A DNA stretch of 63,995 bases, counting the filler, from Deltaproteobacteria bacterium (GTDB lineage Bacteria > JAUYMQ01), in NCBI GenBank assembly GCA_030698575.1. It is 9 parts of 9 records of this genome, joined end to end, with 100 filler letters (N's around TTAATTAATTAA, not from the genome) between each part and the next. Parts side by side here need not be neighbours in the genome. Positions count along the whole stretch, not along the records: positions 9,228 to 23,176 come from JAUYMQ010000162.1; positions 23,277 to 27,909 come from JAUYMQ010000171.1; positions 28,010 to 36,083 come from JAUYMQ010000001.1; 6 more parts are not named here. One strand, written 5' to 3'. The notes under the pieces are model-generated. The model did not search any database, was not told the DNA's origin, and saw only the letters and a list, made by a program, of their open reading frames with translations. Of the stretch, positions 18,677 to 28,512 are shown piece by piece. The first letter of the stretch is position 1. Every line of letters begins with the position of its first letter. A program made the position numbers and the translations under genes.

Positions 18677-21600
18677 ATGAACGGCGGAAAATCAAAGATC
18701 GGCAACGCCCAGGTCCCCGGTTCAGCCCAGTACGTCGGCGCGGCGGCGGCAGCCCCGCGGCGGCGCGGGTGGGGAAGGGGCGGGTTCACCCTGATCGAGC
18801 TGATGATCACCGTCGTCATCCTTTCGATTGTCACCGCGGGTGTCTACCAGCTGTACCTCACGCAGTACCGGCAATCCATCAGCCAGGAGCTGCGCAGCGA
18901 GATGCTGCAGCGCGTGCGCGTTGCGATGAGCGACATGACGCGAGAGATGCAGATGGCGGGGTTCAAGCCGCGAGTGGACGCCGTCAACACGGCTAGCTCG
19001 ACCCAGCTTACCTGCGAGCTCCTGAACAATCTCCTTCCGGCCCAGCCCGTGGGCTACACGAAGGATCGGCGGATCACCTACAGGTTCGACGCCGCGAACA
19101 AGCAGATCAAGAAGCGGGTCCAGGTCTGGAACACGACCGATCCGAATCCGGACAAGTTCACGAATACCGCTGAGGTCGTCTATCTCGACAGCATCACGAA
19201 CTTGGGCTTCACCTACTTCGATAAGGCGGGCGCGGCCATGGCGACCCCGGTTGCGGCAGGGTCTCTCGGCGATATCCGGCGCATCGATGTGACGCTGACG
19301 GCAGAGACGAGCAAGATCGATCCGATCACCAAGGACAAGCGGACGATCACGCTTGCCTCGCAGATCTACCCACGTAATTTGGGAATCGAGGAATCCACCC
19401 TGGACCAGACCTGCCCGGCGACGCCGACGGGCCTCTCACCCACCGACCCCCAGGCCTGCGGGCAGATTGATCTCGCCTGGAACTCCAACGCGGAGGCCGA
19501 CCTGGCGGGGTACCGGATTCACTACGGTGTGGCTCCGGGGCTCTATTCGGGGACCCTGACCGTGGGCGAGGTCACGAGCGCGACCCTGGATGGCCTGGCG
19601 AACAGCGTTACCCACTACATCGCGATCGGCTCCTTCGACGAATCGTCGAACTCCTGCGCACTCTCGGCCGAGGCGTCGGGGACCGGGCCGGGGGCGCCGG
19701 ACAGCCGGCCAGATCCGGGTCTGCCCCAGAAGACCCTGAATCTCGACGCGACATCCTCTCCCGCCGGCGTCAATCTGACCTGGGCCAAGAACCAGGACAG
19801 CTACCCCGGTATCCGGCCGGACACCGACGTCAACGTGATCGGCTACAACGTCTACCGCAGCACCGACAGCGGCTCGACCTACACGAAGATTGCCGACAAG
19901 GCGAGCGGCTCGAGCTATCTCGACGTTCCAGGGTCCAGCCTCTCCTGCAAGAAGCTCTGGTACAAGGTCGAGCCCGTGAACTGCCTCGATCTGGCGGGTC
20001 CGTTCTCGTCGGAGGTCTATGGCGACGGAAGCGGCCTCCCCACGGGCGTCAACGACGTTGACGTGCCCCAGAACGGCGTGACTTCGACCGCCGTGGTCGA
20101 CAACACGATTCCTGCGCCGCCGAGCGGCCTGCTCTCGAAATCGGGCTATCAGCGGAACTTCCTGGTCTGGGACAATCCGAACGACACCGACTTCAGCCAT
20201 ACCGTTGTCCGCTACAGCACTTCCGGCTTCCCCTCGACGCCGATCGACGGAACGGCGGTCGAGAGCGCGCCCGGCGGGAACGGCCGCTTCGACGGCAACC
20301 CCGGCCAGACGATGACCTTCACGCACGACGGCGGCGGTGTCACACCCAACCTCACCGTGAACACGACCTACTACTACACGATCTTCGCGTACGATCTTTG
20401 CGGGAACGTGAGCTCCGCCCAGGCCAGCGCCCAGACGGCCGCGGCCCAGTGCGGCGACGAGCCCTCGGGGCCCAGCAGCGGGCCGCCGCCGGCGCCCACG
20501 CTTCCGAATCCGTACTACACGAACTCCTGTGCGGCCAGCCAGGCGACGATCCAGTGGGATCTGGTCGACGACGGCTTTCCCGCGGGGATCTTCGACCTGG
20601 CCGGATACAACATCTACCGGGCCACGAACAACCTCGCGGGCCCCTACACCAAGCAAAACGCATCGATCCTCTTCGGCGGCTATCCCGGCCTGCGCACCTA
20701 CACCGATACGACCGTGGTGCCGGGCAACACCTACTACTACAAGATCACGACGACCGACTGCGACTGGGAGGTCAACGGCGGCGTCAACGGCGGCGGCGAG
20801 AGCGTGGCCTCCAGCATCATCAAGGTCACCCCGGGCGCCCTCATCCGGAGCGTGGCCAACCCGCAGGTTCTTTCGCGGGGCAACAGCCACGAGAAGGTGA
20901 TCTTCTGGATCAAGAACGCGAAGGACGATCCGCCGCAGACCTCGCTGGGGCAGATCCGGCTTGAGACGTTGACTGTCGAGTACGCGAACGCGCTGGTGCG
21001 CGTGGCCAAGGTCACCCTGCTGCATGACATCAACGACTCGACTGACGACGAAGTGCTCTACAGCAACAGCTCGGCACCGGTCACGGCCGGTTCTGGCACG
21101 AACATCGCGCTCACGCCGGCGATACTCGACGGGCAGGTAGAAACCCCCGTGGAGGTCGAGTTCCGGACTGCGGGAGGGGCGGTTTCGGGCACGGTCGACA
21201 TGCGCGCCGAAAGCATCCTGGCCACCTGGGGCTACGAGAACGTCGCAACGACGCTCGACGACTGCGATTCGGTGATGACCGTCAGGGTTCCCTTCAGCCC
21301 GGATGTCAAGGCGGTTGTGCAGGACAAGCCGTTCGCGCCGACGTCTTCGAGCCTCACGCCGGGCGTGATCACGGTGGCCAAGGACAACCATGTGAACGTG
21401 ATTGCGACCGTGGCCGATCCGGATGCTGTGGGGATAACAAGTGCGAAGCTCTACTGGGCGGAGTCGAACAAGAGCGACTCGACTCCTCCCACCTCGGGCT
21501 GGAACGAGATCACCATGATCTCGCTCGGCGGCGGCATCTATGCTGCGGACGACAACCCGCTCGTGGGCGGCGACTCGCGCATTCCGGACGAGAACGACAA

Positions 21601-21700
21601 GCGCATCTGGTTCTACCTCATCGTGACCGACGCGCTCGGCAACTTTGACCGATCGCCGGAGCCCGATCAGGGCGCCTTTGTCTACTACCAGAGCAACTAG
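18677..21700 (+). CDS. giant PilW-like minor pilin fused to several fibronectin type III domains
   Basis: GG|FTLIELMIT, PilW-like head ending ..PRNL, then FnIII signatures (PATPTGL..LAW..DLAGYRIHYG; GYNVYRS; PAPPSGL..W; GYNIYRA..YYYKI); ATG 18677 with GGAGG RBS. Confidence 0.85.
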   Translation: MNGGKSKIGNAQVPGSAQYVGAAAAAPRRRGWGRGGFTLIELMITVVILSIVTAGVYQLYLTQYRQSISQELRSEMLQRVRVAMSDMTREMQMAGFKPRVDAVNTASSTQLTCELLNNLLPAQPVGYTKDRRITYRFDAANKQIKKRVQVWNTTDPNPDKFTNTAEVVYLDSITNLGFTYFDKAGAAMATPVAAGSLGDIRRIDVTLTAETSKIDPITKDKRTITLASQIYPRNLGIEESTLDQTCPATPTGLSPTDPQACGQIDLAWNSNAEADLAGYRIHYGVAPGLYSGTLTVGEVTSATLDGLANSVTHYIAIGSFDESSNSCALSAEASGTGPGAPDSRPDPGLPQKTLNLDATSSPAGVNLTWAKNQDSYPGIRPDTDVNVIGYNVYRSTDSGSTYTKIADKASGSSYLDVPGSSLSCKKLWYKVEPVNCLDLAGPFSSEVYGDGSGLPTGVNDVDVPQNGVTSTAVVDNTIPAPPSGLLSKSGYQRNFLVWDNPNDTDFSHTVVRYSTSGFPSTPIDGTAVESAPGGNGRFDGNPGQTMTFTHDGGGVTPNLTVNTTYYYTIFAYDLCGNVSSAQASAQTAAAQCGDEPSGPSSGPPPAPTLPNPYYTNSCAASQATIQWDLVDDGFPAGIFDLAGYNIYRATNNLAGPYTKQNASILFGGYPGLRTYTDTTVVPGNTYYYKITTTDCDWEVNGGVNGGGESVASSIIKVTPGALIRSVANPQVLSRGNSHEKVIFWIKNAKDDPPQTSLGQIRLETLTVEYANALVRVAKVTLLHDINDSTDDEVLYSNSSAPVTAGSGTNIALTPAILDGQVETPVEVEFRTAGGAVSGTVDMRAESILATWGYENVATTLDDCDSVMTVRVPFSPDVKAVVQDKPFAPTSSSLTPGVITVAKDNHVNVIATVADPDAVGITSAKLYWAESNKSDSTPPTSGWNEITMISLGGGIYAADDNPLVGGDSRIPDENDKRIWFYLIVTDALGNFDRSPEPDQGAFVYYQSN

Positions 21701-21762
21701 CCGAAGATCGGCCGAGGCCGGGCCCCGCTGGCAGGGGCCGTGGCAAACCAGGAGGAAGACAG

Positions 21763-23052
21763 ATGAGCCCTCGTGAACAGAGAGTCACCCGCTGTGCGGC
21801 TCTCGATGGAGACCAGCCGGAAGGCGTGCGGCGCCCGGAGGGAAGGGCGGGGGGGCAGAGCCGCGGCCTGGCGGACGAGAGTGGCATCGCGCTCGTCATC
21901 ACCCTCCTGATCCTGGTCACGCTGACCTTCATCGGGCTCGCGAGCTTCTTTAATTCGAGCACCGACGTCATGATCACGGGGAACCAGAAGGGCACCAGCC
22001 AGGCGCTCTACGTGGCCGAGGCGGGTATCGCCGACATGATCGACGCGCTGAACAGCAACGGGGCCTACGCGCCGCCAACGCCTTACACGACTGCCTGGGC
22101 GCCGGCCGACGTGACCTCGACCGCCGGCGGCTTCAGCTATACCGTCCGGGTACGCCACAAGGTCGACACGGACGATTGCGACGGTGACAGCGTCACGGCC
22201 GAGGTGGTCCAGTACGACAAAGCCTGCTATCCGGGCAGCCCCATCCCTGCGGGCGGCGCCAGCGCCTATCCGGTCGAGGTGGTCACGTCGACAGCCACCA
22301 CCGATCGCTATCACAACCAGACCGTGCTCGAGGTCACGAAGCAAAAGTTCACCTACAAGGTGACCGGCGCCCTGACGGCCCAGTCGAACGTCCAGCTCAA
22401 CGGTAACATCACGGTGGACGGCAACACCCACGACATCAACGGGAATCCCTCGGCCACGGCCTGCGGCGGCGCGCTGCCATCCATCTCCACGATCGTGGGC
22501 AAGACGGTCACAACGAGCGGCTCGCCCACGACAACGCCGGCCGCCGACAACACCAAGGCCGACGCGGATCAGCCCGACACGCCCTGTGAAGCGCTCGGCC
22601 TGGCCGCCGATTGCGAGACCACGACGCTCGTCGACTACATCACGGCGGCCGCGAATGTGTCGCCGATGAGCGGCGACATCAAGTGGGTGCAGGGAAACTA
22701 CGCGAGCGCCTGCCTCGGCGGCACCGGAATGCTGATCGTGCACACGCCGGGCTTCGATCCCAAGAAGTGCAACCCGGCCGATGCGGCCTACGATGTGGCC
22801 TGGTGCGCCGCGCACCCGCCGGCGAACCTCGGGAACATCACGGGCAACTGCACCTTCAAGGGGCTCATCATCGCCGACAGCATCGACAAGCTGGCCGGGA
22901 GCGGCACGATTATCGGCGCGGTGATCTCCATGACCGAGATCCAGGCCGACAAGGTCGGCGCGGGAACGTTGACGCTCAAGTACTCCTGCGCCGCGCTCGA
23001 CGAATTCGTCGGCGGCAAGATCAACCACAAGCTCGCCTGGGAACGGAAGTAG
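21763..23052 (+). CDS. PilX-like minor pilin with extended beta-rich C-terminus
   Basis: ESG|IALVITLLIL (no Glu5, typical of PilX), QALYVAEAGI. Confidence 0.85.
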   Translation: MSPREQRVTRCAALDGDQPEGVRRPEGRAGGQSRGLADESGIALVITLLILVTLTFIGLASFFNSSTDVMITGNQKGTSQALYVAEAGIADMIDALNSNGAYAPPTPYTTAWAPADVTSTAGGFSYTVRVRHKVDTDDCDGDSVTAEVVQYDKACYPGSPIPAGGASAYPVEVVTSTATTDRYHNQTVLEVTKQKFTYKVTGALTAQSNVQLNGNITVDGNTHDINGNPSATACGGALPSISTIVGKTVTTSGSPTTTPAADNTKADADQPDTPCEALGLAADCETTTLVDYITAAANVSPMSGDIKWVQGNYASACLGGTGMLIVHTPGFDPKKCNPADAAYDVAWCAAHPPANLGNITGNCTFKGLIIADSIDKLAGSGTIIGAVISMTEIQADKVGAGTLTLKYSCAALDEFVGGKINHKLAWERK

Positions 23053-23082
23053 GGATCCGTCAGGGAATGAGCAGTCCTCAGG

Positions 23083-23112
23083 AGGGGCCCCGCGACGGCG
23101 GGGCCCTTTTTT
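23083..23112 (+). terminator. intrinsic terminator of the minor pilin operon
   Basis: GGGCCCCGC-GACG-GCGGGGCCC followed by TTTTTT. Confidence 0.9.
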
Positions 23113-23276
23113 CATCTCCGCCTGCCGTCACGCATCCGTGACAGGGGTTACGATTCTGTAACCGGCGAATTTCCCCNNNNNNNNNNNNNNNNNNNNNNNN
23201 NNNNNNNNNNNNNNNNNNNNTTAATTAATTAANNNNNNNNNNNNNNNNNNNNNNNNNNNNNNNNNNNNNNNNNNNN

Positions 23277-23331
23277 CGCCGGGCTTGCCGCGGTGTTTTT
23301 CGATGATCTGATCTATGTTGGCGCTATCCAT
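23277..23331 (-). CDS. N-terminus of a NuoE-like subunit (BamG-like), truncated by the contig end
   Basis: GAGG RBS then MDSANIDQIIEKHRGKPG; only 18 residues visible. Confidence 0.55.
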
Positions 23332-23397
23332 GGCCTCTTATCCAATCCCTATCAAAATCCGGTTTTCCGTCCGATTCTCGTGTCCCATCCGTGGCGC

Positions 23398-24165
23398 TCA
23401 GACCGCGGCCAGCAGCGACTGGCCAGCATCGAACTTGATCAGCCCGCGCTCGGTCAATTGCCGCAGATGCCGCGCGACCTCGGACGGCTCCAGGGCCAGG
23501 CTCCCCGGAATCTCCATGGCCGCCGCCGGTTTTTTGCGCAGGAAACCCATGATGCGGCTCATCACCAGCTTGTCCAGGATCAGTTCGTTGAACAGTTGGT
23601 CGAACTCTTCGCTGCCGAAGAATTTCCGGTAGCCTTCTTCGGTGCGCACCGGCACTCTGAGCCTTTCTCTCTCCACCAGCTTGATGTAGGGGACGAGATC
23701 CTCGGCGGTTTGCATCCGCGATGAAAGTTCGGCGACGGCTATGCCTTCCGAAGAGCCCAGCGGCCCGAGGCTCTTGATCTTCGCGGAGAGCTCGTTCATG
23801 ACCTCGGCGAAGCGCACGCCTTCGCCCGCCGACACCCATTCCAGCCGCAGCCGGTCCGGATTCACGCCCAGCTTCTCCAGGATGCGCTTGGCCATCAGGG
23901 TATTGCCCATCGCATCGTAGTTGCCCTCTGGATTGTAGTGGCAGTCGTTCAGGTGACAGCCGCCGATGAACACGGCGTCGGCTTTTTTCGCGAAGGCGCG
24001 GAAGATGAACGCCAGATCGACCCGGCCCGAGCACATCAGCCGGATCACGCGCAGATGCGGCGGATACTGGAAGCGCGAGACGCCGGCGAGGTCGGCCCCG
24101 CCATAGCAGCACCAGTTGCACAAAAATCCGACGATGGTCGGCTTGAACTCGGTTGGAGCAGCCAT
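23398..24165 (-). CDS. MvhD/FlpD-like Fe-S subunit with C-terminal extension (BamF-like)
   Basis: FLCNWCCYGGADLAG, RLMCSGRVD, GGCHLNDCHY..GN; about 110 extra residues ending in a wHTH-like segment. Confidence 0.88.
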   Translation of the reverse strand: MAAPTEFKPTIVGFLCNWCCYGGADLAGVSRFQYPPHLRVIRLMCSGRVDLAFIFRAFAKKADAVFIGGCHLNDCHYNPEGNYDAMGNTLMAKRILEKLGVNPDRLRLEWVSAGEGVRFAEVMNELSAKIKSLGPLGSSEGIAVAELSSRMQTAEDLVPYIKLVERERLRVPVRTEEGYRKFFGSEEFDQLFNELILDKLVMSRIMGFLRKKPAAAMEIPGSLALEPSEVARHLRQLTERGLIKFDAGQSLLAAV

Positions 24166-24237
24166 GGTTCAGTTCACTCGTTCGGTTGGCGATGCACGCA
24201 CTGCGTTATATTCGGCCCGTCTGATCCGGTGCGCATC

Positions 24238-27200
24238 TCAGTGCGCAAGCGCGGCATCGATCTGGCCGAACACTTCGTCGTCGGTGTAATGCTTCAGAAA
24301 CACCGCGCCTGACGGACACTTCGCGTTGCACAGGCCGTCTCCCTTGCACAGCACGGGATTGATCGTGGCTTTCTTGCCGCGCGGCGTATCGCGGAACTCG
24401 ATCGCCCCGTACGTACAGGAGGTAATGCAGGCCCCGCAGGAGACGCAAAGGCTCTCGTCCACCTCGCACACGGAACCGGAGGCGACGACGGTGTCGTGCG
24501 TAAGCAGCGTGAGGGCGCGGCCGGCCGCGCCATACGCCTGGCTGATCACTTCAGACAGGTGCTTGGGATACTGCGCGGTCCCGCATAGATAGACGCCTTC
24601 CGCGGCGAAATCGACCGGCCGCAGTTTCACGTGCGCTTCCTGGAAAAAGCCGTCCGGACCGAGCGGCACCTTGAACAGGCGCGCCGTGTCCTCACTGCCG
24701 GCCGACGGTATAACCGCAGCCGACAGGACCACGGTATCGGCATCGATGGCGAGCCTCTTGCCCAGCACCGGATCGGTCACCGTCACTTTCAGCACACTGC
24801 GTCCGCCCTCCTCGACGGCTTCCACCTGGGGCTTGTCCTGCGGCTCAAAGCGGATGAACCTGACGTCCTTGCTCGATGCTTCCAGGTAATAGTCCTCGTT
24901 GAAGCCGTAGGTCCGCATGTCGCGGAACAGCACGTAGATGTCCATGTCCTTGTTGACGGACTTGAGCTTCAGCGCGTTCTTCATCGCGCCGCTGCAGCAG
25001 ACGCGGGAGCAGTAGTTCCGGTCTTCCTGCCTACAGCCCACACACTGGATCATGACCAGACTCCGCGCCTTGCGCACCTCTTCGTCGCCGCCGGCGATTC
25101 TCTCTTCCAGCTCGAGTTGGGTCATGACCCGGGAATCCTGTCCGTACAGGTACTCGGTCGGCTTGTACTCGTCGGCACCGGTGGCGATGATGGCCGCGCC
25201 GTGCTTGATCTCCTGCACCCGGCCCTTGGACTTCACCTTGGTGAGGAAATTGCCCACGTATCCGGAGACGTCGGTGATGATGGCGTCGGTGATGACCCGG
25301 ATCAGCTGATGCCGGTAGGTCTTGTTCTTCAGATCGTTGAGGTAGGCCTGCACGTCGAGTCCTTCGACCGTATAGTGAATGCGGCGCGCCATGCCGCCGA
25401 GGTCGGAGGCTTTCTCGATGAGATAGGTCTGGAAGCCTTGCTCGGCCAGCGTCAGGGCGCTGGTCATCCCGGCCACGCCTCCGCCGACGACCAGGGCGGC
25501 CTTGTTCACCGGCAGGGAGAATTCATCCAGCGGCTCCAGCAGGGTGGCCCGCGCCACCGACATGCGCACGATGTCCTTCGCCTTCTTCGTCGCGTCCGCC
25601 TGCTCCTTGGAGTGGACCCAGGAGCAATGCTCGCGGATGTTCGCCATGTCGAAGAAATACTGGTTGATGCCCGCCTCGCGCAGGGTGTCGCGGAACAGCG
25701 GCTCGTGCGTCCTGGGCGTGCACGCGGCGACCACGACCCGGTTCAGACCTTTGTCGCGGATGGTGTCCGAAATCGCCTTGGCCGTATTCGTCGCGCAGGC
25801 GAACAGGCTCTCCTCGGCATGCACCACATTGCCCAGGGTCCTGGAGTATTCGACTACCGCGGGCACGTCCACCACGCGGCCGATGTTGGCGCCGCAGCGG
25901 CAGACGAAAACGCCGACCTTCGCTTCTTCCTTGGCGACGTCCTTCTCCAGCGGGTATACCCGTTCCTGGCTCAGCCGTCCGCGCCGCGCCTTCAGCATCT
26001 GGCCGGACAGAGCCCCGGCCGCGCTCGCGCTCATAACGGCTTCGGGGATGTCCATCGGACCGCGGAAGGCGCCGCTGATGAAAACCCCGGCGCGCGTGGT
26101 CTCGATCGGGTTCACCGGATCGGTCTTGCAGAATCCCTGGGGTCCCAGCTCGACGCCGAACTTTTGCGCAAACGCCTTGGCATCGGCGGGCGGGTTAAGC
26201 CCGACGGACAGCACCACCAGCTCGAATTCCTCTTCCTTCACGCCGGCGTCGTTGGTGGCATAGCGGATGGTGATGTTCTTCGTGACCGGATCTTCCCCGC
26301 CTATGGAGACATAGCTGCGGATGAATTTCACGCCGGGCAGGTTCTCCGCCCGCTGGTAGAAGCGCTCGAAGTCCTTGCCGTAGGAGCGGATGTCGTTGTG
26401 GAAAATCGTCGCCTGCATCTCCGGCACGTGGTCCTTGGCCAGGATCACCTGTTTTTGCGTGTACGAACAGCACACCGCGGAGCAATAGGTGTTGCCGCCG
26501 GGGATCACCTGCCTGGAACCGACGCAGTGTATCCAGGCGATCTTTTGCGGATGCTTCTTGTCCGACGGGCGCAGGATGTGCCCGTCGTGCGGCCCGGTGG
26601 CGCAGAGCAGCCGCTCGAAGTCGAGGCTGGTGACCACGTTCTCGTAGGTACCGTAGCCGTAGTCGCCCCGCACCTTGGGGTCGAAAGTCTCGTAGCCGGG
26701 CGAGAGCACGATCGCCCCGACATTGACTTCGACTTTCTCCGGCGTCTGGTTGAAGTTGATGGCGTCGTTCTCGCACACGCCCTGGCAAATCGAGCAGGTC
26801 TTGTCCTGCAGATAGAGGCAGGTCTCGTCGATGTAGGTCACGAGCGGCACCGCCTGCGAGAAGTAGATGTGCACCGCCTTGTTCAATGACAGGTTCTGGT
26901 TGAACGGGTCCGGAATCTTCACCGGGCAGTACTCGACGCAGACGGTGCAGCCGGTGCACTTGTCCTCGTCGATATACCGCGGTTTCTTGTTCAGGGTCAC
27001 CTTGAAGTTGCCGGCCGATCCTTCCACGCCGACCACCTCGGTGTAGGTCATGATTTCGATGTTGGGCTGCCGGTCGCACTCGATGAACTTCGGCGATTCG
27101 ATGCACATCGAACAGTCGTTGGTGGGAAAGGTTTTGTCGAGCTGGGCCATCTTCCCACCGATGGTGGGTGTCTTTTCCACCAGGTAGACCTTGAAGCCGG

Positions 27201-27348
27201 AGGTCGCCAGATCGAGCGCCGCCTGGATGCCGCTGATGCCGCCGCCGACGACCATCACGTCGCCGCGCTGATCGTCATGCGCACGCAGGGAGCGCTGACC
27301 CACCGCTTCGTGCGCGTGCTCGATAGACCGTTCTAGTGTGTGTGCCAC
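24238..27348 (-). CDS. large HdrA-family flavoprotein with two FAD modules (BamE-like)
   Basis: GGGISG and GGGVAG, LDKTFPTNDC, HCVGSR, QCVGCR, NIREHCSWVH, ferredoxin CxxCxxC motifs. Confidence 0.92.
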   Translation of the reverse strand: MAHTLERSIEHAHEAVGQRSLRAHDDQRGDVMVVGGGISGIQAALDLATSGFKVYLVEKTPTIGGKMAQLDKTFPTNDCSMCIESPKFIECDRQPNIEIMTYTEVVGVEGSAGNFKVTLNKKPRYIDEDKCTGCTVCVEYCPVKIPDPFNQNLSLNKAVHIYFSQAVPLVTYIDETCLYLQDKTCSICQGVCENDAINFNQTPEKVEVNVGAIVLSPGYETFDPKVRGDYGYGTYENVVTSLDFERLLCATGPHDGHILRPSDKKHPQKIAWIHCVGSRQVIPGGNTYCSAVCCSYTQKQVILAKDHVPEMQATIFHNDIRSYGKDFERFYQRAENLPGVKFIRSYVSIGGEDPVTKNITIRYATNDAGVKEEEFELVVLSVGLNPPADAKAFAQKFGVELGPQGFCKTDPVNPIETTRAGVFISGAFRGPMDIPEAVMSASAAGALSGQMLKARRGRLSQERVYPLEKDVAKEEAKVGVFVCRCGANIGRVVDVPAVVEYSRTLGNVVHAEESLFACATNTAKAISDTIRDKGLNRVVVAACTPRTHEPLFRDTLREAGINQYFFDMANIREHCSWVHSKEQADATKKAKDIVRMSVARATLLEPLDEFSLPVNKAALVVGGGVAGMTSALTLAEQGFQTYLIEKASDLGGMARRIHYTVEGLDVQAYLNDLKNKTYRHQLIRVITDAIITDVSGYVGNFLTKVKSKGRVQEIKHGAAIIATGADEYKPTEYLYGQDSRVMTQLELEERIAGGDEEVRKARSLVMIQCVGCRQEDRNYCSRVCCSGAMKNALKLKSVNKDMDIYVLFRDMRTYGFNEDYYLEASSKDVRFIRFEPQDKPQVEAVEEGGRSVLKVTVTDPVLGKRLAIDADTVVLSAAVIPSAGSEDTARLFKVPLGPDGFFQEAHVKLRPVDFAAEGVYLCGTAQYPKHLSEVISQAYGAAGRALTLLTHDTVVASGSVCEVDESLCVSCGACITSCTYGAIEFRDTPRGKKATINPVLCKGDGLCNAKCPSGAVFLKHYTDDEVFGQIDAALAH

Positions 27349-27375
27349 GACTCTGTTCCTCGGCTTGCGCCCTGC

Positions 27376-27909
27376 CTAAATGGCTTCCCGGATAACTTCG
27401 GTGATGTCCTTCACCTCGATCGCATCTCCACCTTTCACATTCAGTCTGCTGTCCTCGAAGTTGGTGATGCAGTAAGGACAGGAGGTCGCCAGAACCCGTG
27501 CCCCGACGCCCATCGCCTGCGCCAGCCTCAGGTCGGAGAAGCGTTCGCCCTTGGGGGTTTCCATCCAGATCCGGCCGCCGCCGCCGCCGCAACAGAAGCT
27601 GTTCTCGCGGTGGCCCTCCATTTCAACAAGTTCACTTATGGATCCGAGGACTTCGCGCGGCGCGTCGAAGATCCTGTTATGCCGGCCGAGGTAGCAGGGG
27701 TCGTGCCAGGTGATTTTCTTTGCTTACTCCCGCGCCGGCTCGAGCCGGCCGTCGTCGATCAGCTCGCGCAGGAACTCGGATATGTGGACGACCTCGAAAT
27801 GGACGTTGAACTCGGCCGGGTACTCGTTTTTGAAGGTATGCAGGCAATGCGGGGAGGAAACCAGGATCTTCTTCACCCCGTGATCGATGAAGCTCTTGAT
27901 GTTTTCCCG
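27376..27909 (-). CDS. CCG-domain HdrD-like Fe-S protein (BamD-like); 5'-truncated
   Basis: open from the contig edge; WHDPCYLGRHN, CCGGGGGRIW, ATSCPYC. Confidence 0.88.
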
Positions 27910-28009
27910 NNNNNNNNNNNNNNNNNNNNNNNNNNNNNNNNNNNNNNNNNNNNTTAATTAATTAANNNNNNNNNNNNNNNNNNNNNNNNNNNNNNNNNNN
28001 NNNNNNNNN

Positions 28010-28416
28010 AGCGTGTGCCAGGCGAGTGTGGCGCACTTCACGCGGGCCGGGAACTCGCACACGCCGGAGAAGACCGCCAGCTTGCCCAGCTCCCCGGAAA
28101 GCTCCTGCCCGTTGCTCTCGCCCGTGACCATGTCGTGGAAAAGGGAAAACATGCGCTCCACTTCCGCCTTCGTCTTACCGGCGACGCTGCTCGTCATCAT
28201 CGAGGCCGAGGCCTTCGAGATTGCGCAGCCGCTTCCCTGGAAGGTCGCGTCGGTGATCACGTCGCCGTCGACCTTCAAGAAGAGCTTCAGATCGTCGCCG
28301 CAAAGCGGGTTGTAGCCCTCGGCCTTCGCCGTGGCGTCGGATAGCTCGCGGAAGTTTCGCGGCTTCCGGTTGTGGTCCAGAATCACTTCCTGGTACAGCT
28401 CGCGCAGATCGGTCAT
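28010..28416 (-). CDS. sufU: SufU sulfur-transfer protein; 3'-truncated
   Basis: LYQEVILDH, NPLCGD, GCAIS.ASAS, RVKCATLAW. Confidence 0.95.
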
Positions 28417-28452
28417 ACGGCATTCGTCTCCCTGATTTTATCGAGCGCGCAG

Positions 28453-28492
28453 GGGATTGCTTCGTCGAGCCTTCGGCTCTCCTCGCAATGAC
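28453..28492. repeat. half copy of the palindromic element, between sufS and sufU
   Basis: GGGATTGCTTCGTCG...CTCCTCGCAATGAC. Confidence 0.75.
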
Positions 28493-28512
28493 CTGCGGGC
28501 GATGCCCGCAGG

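Noticed and set aside
24631-26889. Long antisense ORFs (752 aa here; also 19436-21391, 36996-38873, 52678-54501, 54513-56414)
   Set aside because: Shadow frames of high-GC genes with no recognisable motifs
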